In this document: positions 62,401-64,000 of the stretch, piece by piece | Layout of the letters: every line of letters starts with the position of its first letter | Position numbering within the stretch: position 1 is the first letter of the stretch | Source: Octopus sinensis | Taxonomy: Eukaryota | Reading direction: 5' to 3' | Length of the DNA: 64,000 nt | Assembly (NCBI RefSeq): GCF_006345805.1 | Contig: NC_043017.1 | Span: 17,298,001-17,362,000, forward strand | Made by a program: the position numbers and the translations under genes | The notes under the pieces: model-generated | The model's database searches: none | What the model was told of the DNA's origin: nothing | Seen by the model: only the letters and a program-made list of their open reading frames with translations

Positions 62401-63482
62401 AATTGTTTTAAGGAACACCAAACAAAAGTTGAATTTCCAAATCGATTTTCTTTTAACGACCAAAATAGAAAAACAAAATATTTGGGTGACTCAAAATTAT
62501 TGGTACATCTACAACTTTTGATGATGACTTTCGATCAATAGTGTATTCTTTATACTTAATAACTTTCTTCATTCCACTCGCGTAGTTTCCTGTAAACTTC
62601 AGCGACAGATCAGAAGGAATTGAAACCTGTTCTTCAATCGCATATTCTTCCAACTGCATCAAATTAGACGGCGTTCTTACTTTCACTCTTTTCTTTAGCT
62701 CATGCCATGAAGCTTCTATCGACTTTTAGTCAGGACTTTGAGCCGACCTTGGAAGTACATCTACCTTGTTTTCTTTCAAACAATTTTCGATTAAAAGTGA
62801 GGTAAACTTGAAATCAATTTCCAACTGTGGAAGGTCCAACTGTGTCCTAACCCCAGTTGTTTCGCCGATGACTTCAGGTTTTCATTCAAAACATCGAAAT
62901 AATTCTCTTTTTTCATAGTTCCTTCAATTCGAATTAATTTTCCTATGCCTTTAGCCAAAAACAGACTCTCTATTGAGAGTTCGAGTATCGTTAATCTTGA
63001 AACATGGACTCTGATAGCTGTCAAATTAGTTTTCGTCATCACAGTTGTTATTTTAGGGTCATTGTTGACCATTTTAATTAACATCTGCTCATCTTGTCCT
63101 AAAAAAGAACTTTCTGCCGCATCTACTCTCATTCATTATCAAACCGTTATCTCGGTGCTTCATAATTATGTTGCCAACAGTTGATCTAGCCATACTGAAA
63201 TTCTTAGATATTGCCTTATACCTATCTCCAGCAGCATAAGCATCAACAATTTGATAAAGGTGCTCTTGCACCTTTATCATGACGTCGATGATAGAATAGT
63301 CTGTTGCCCAAAAGAAGGTTGCAAATTGATTGTGTAAGTAATGTCACGTAGCCTTGACACACGTTATTCTAGAAGTTTCTGTATCTTTGAACTTTCTCAG
63401 GATGACGTAACCTCTCATATTCAGTGTTTATTGCAGCGCAATAATCAAATTGTCATGAAGGTGCCAATAATTTTGAACCGTG
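62400..63482 (-). mobile_element. Tc1 transposon remnant with internal deletion
   Basis: HTH IVDAYAAGDRYKAISKNFSMARSTVGNII..GRK; GKLIRIEGTMKKENY.DVL.ENL..SAKQLGLG..WTF; SAQSPD*KSIE..W.ELKKRV..PSNL.QLE. Inverted motifs TCAAAATTATTGGTAC (62491-62506) and GTGCCAATAATTTTGA (63461-63476). Confidence 0.88.
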
Positions 63483-63699
63483 CTTGAAATCTTTATCGCC
63501 TGAGATTACCATATTAAACATCACCAGATGTCCTCCTTTGGCAAAATTTATGCTTTAGTTGTTTATATTATCGTGACTTAAGAGCGTTTTCGTTGACATC
63601 TAACTTTAGCGAGAAATTCAATAAAAACCCATTTTTGACAAGGAGTGCCATTAACTGTGGGTACCAGTATATGAATGTATATATAACCTTATACAGACA

Positions 63700-63880
63700 T
63701 AAGGCCGGAAATTAGGGGGAGGAGGAGTTAACTAAGTAAATTGACCCCAGTTATCTTGACGTATTTTATTTTACCGATATCTGAAGGGCGAAAGGCAAAG
63801 TTGACTTCAACAGGATTTGAACTTAGAACGTAGAAAGTTGGAATAAAATACCATAACACATTTTGACCACACTCAAACGA
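63700..63880 (-). mobile_element. SINE family A (A2 tail), diverged
   Basis: AAGGCCGGAAATTAGGGGG..TTGACCCCAGT..GAAAGGCAAAGTTGAC..GATTTGAACTTAGAACG. Confidence 0.75.
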
Positions 63881-64000
63881 TTCTGTACCACCACCACCAC
63901 CCACACACCCAGGCATACACGCTGTATGTGAGATATACAGTATAAGCTTTTATGAATAAACAAAATTCCTCCAAGATAAATAAAGAAGGAATGCACTTAT

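Overview
Repeat-saturated, AT-rich animal genomic DNA with no recognisable host protein-coding exon, rRNA, tRNA gene or CRISPR array. The SINE families suggest an octopus-like cephalopod, which is an inference from recalled SINE sequences and not a database hit. Almost every ORF in the supplied track is a microsatellite translation artefact. Real content: (i) over 25 copies of about four tRNA-derived SINE families; (ii) decayed Tc1/mariner transposases (DD36E-like, DD37D maT, DD41D rosa-like, mariner HTH, Tc1); (iii) LINE fragments (R4/Dong-like RLE clade, RTE, CR1/L2, possibly Tx1); (iv) several MITEs and a Helitron-like end; (v) a 100-N gap; (vi) a 10-kb array of an ~803-bp unit that folds back on itself at 56,022-56,066. 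Best novel-looking signals: an apparently intact minimal type-I hammerhead ribozyme at 12,827-12,897 with further Penelope-type hammerhead-like motifs, the palindromic satellite with a microhomology fold-back junction and a near-hammerhead in every unit, and a SINE that repeatedly inserts at an internal site of its own family. All calls were made by eye and some coordinates are approximate.
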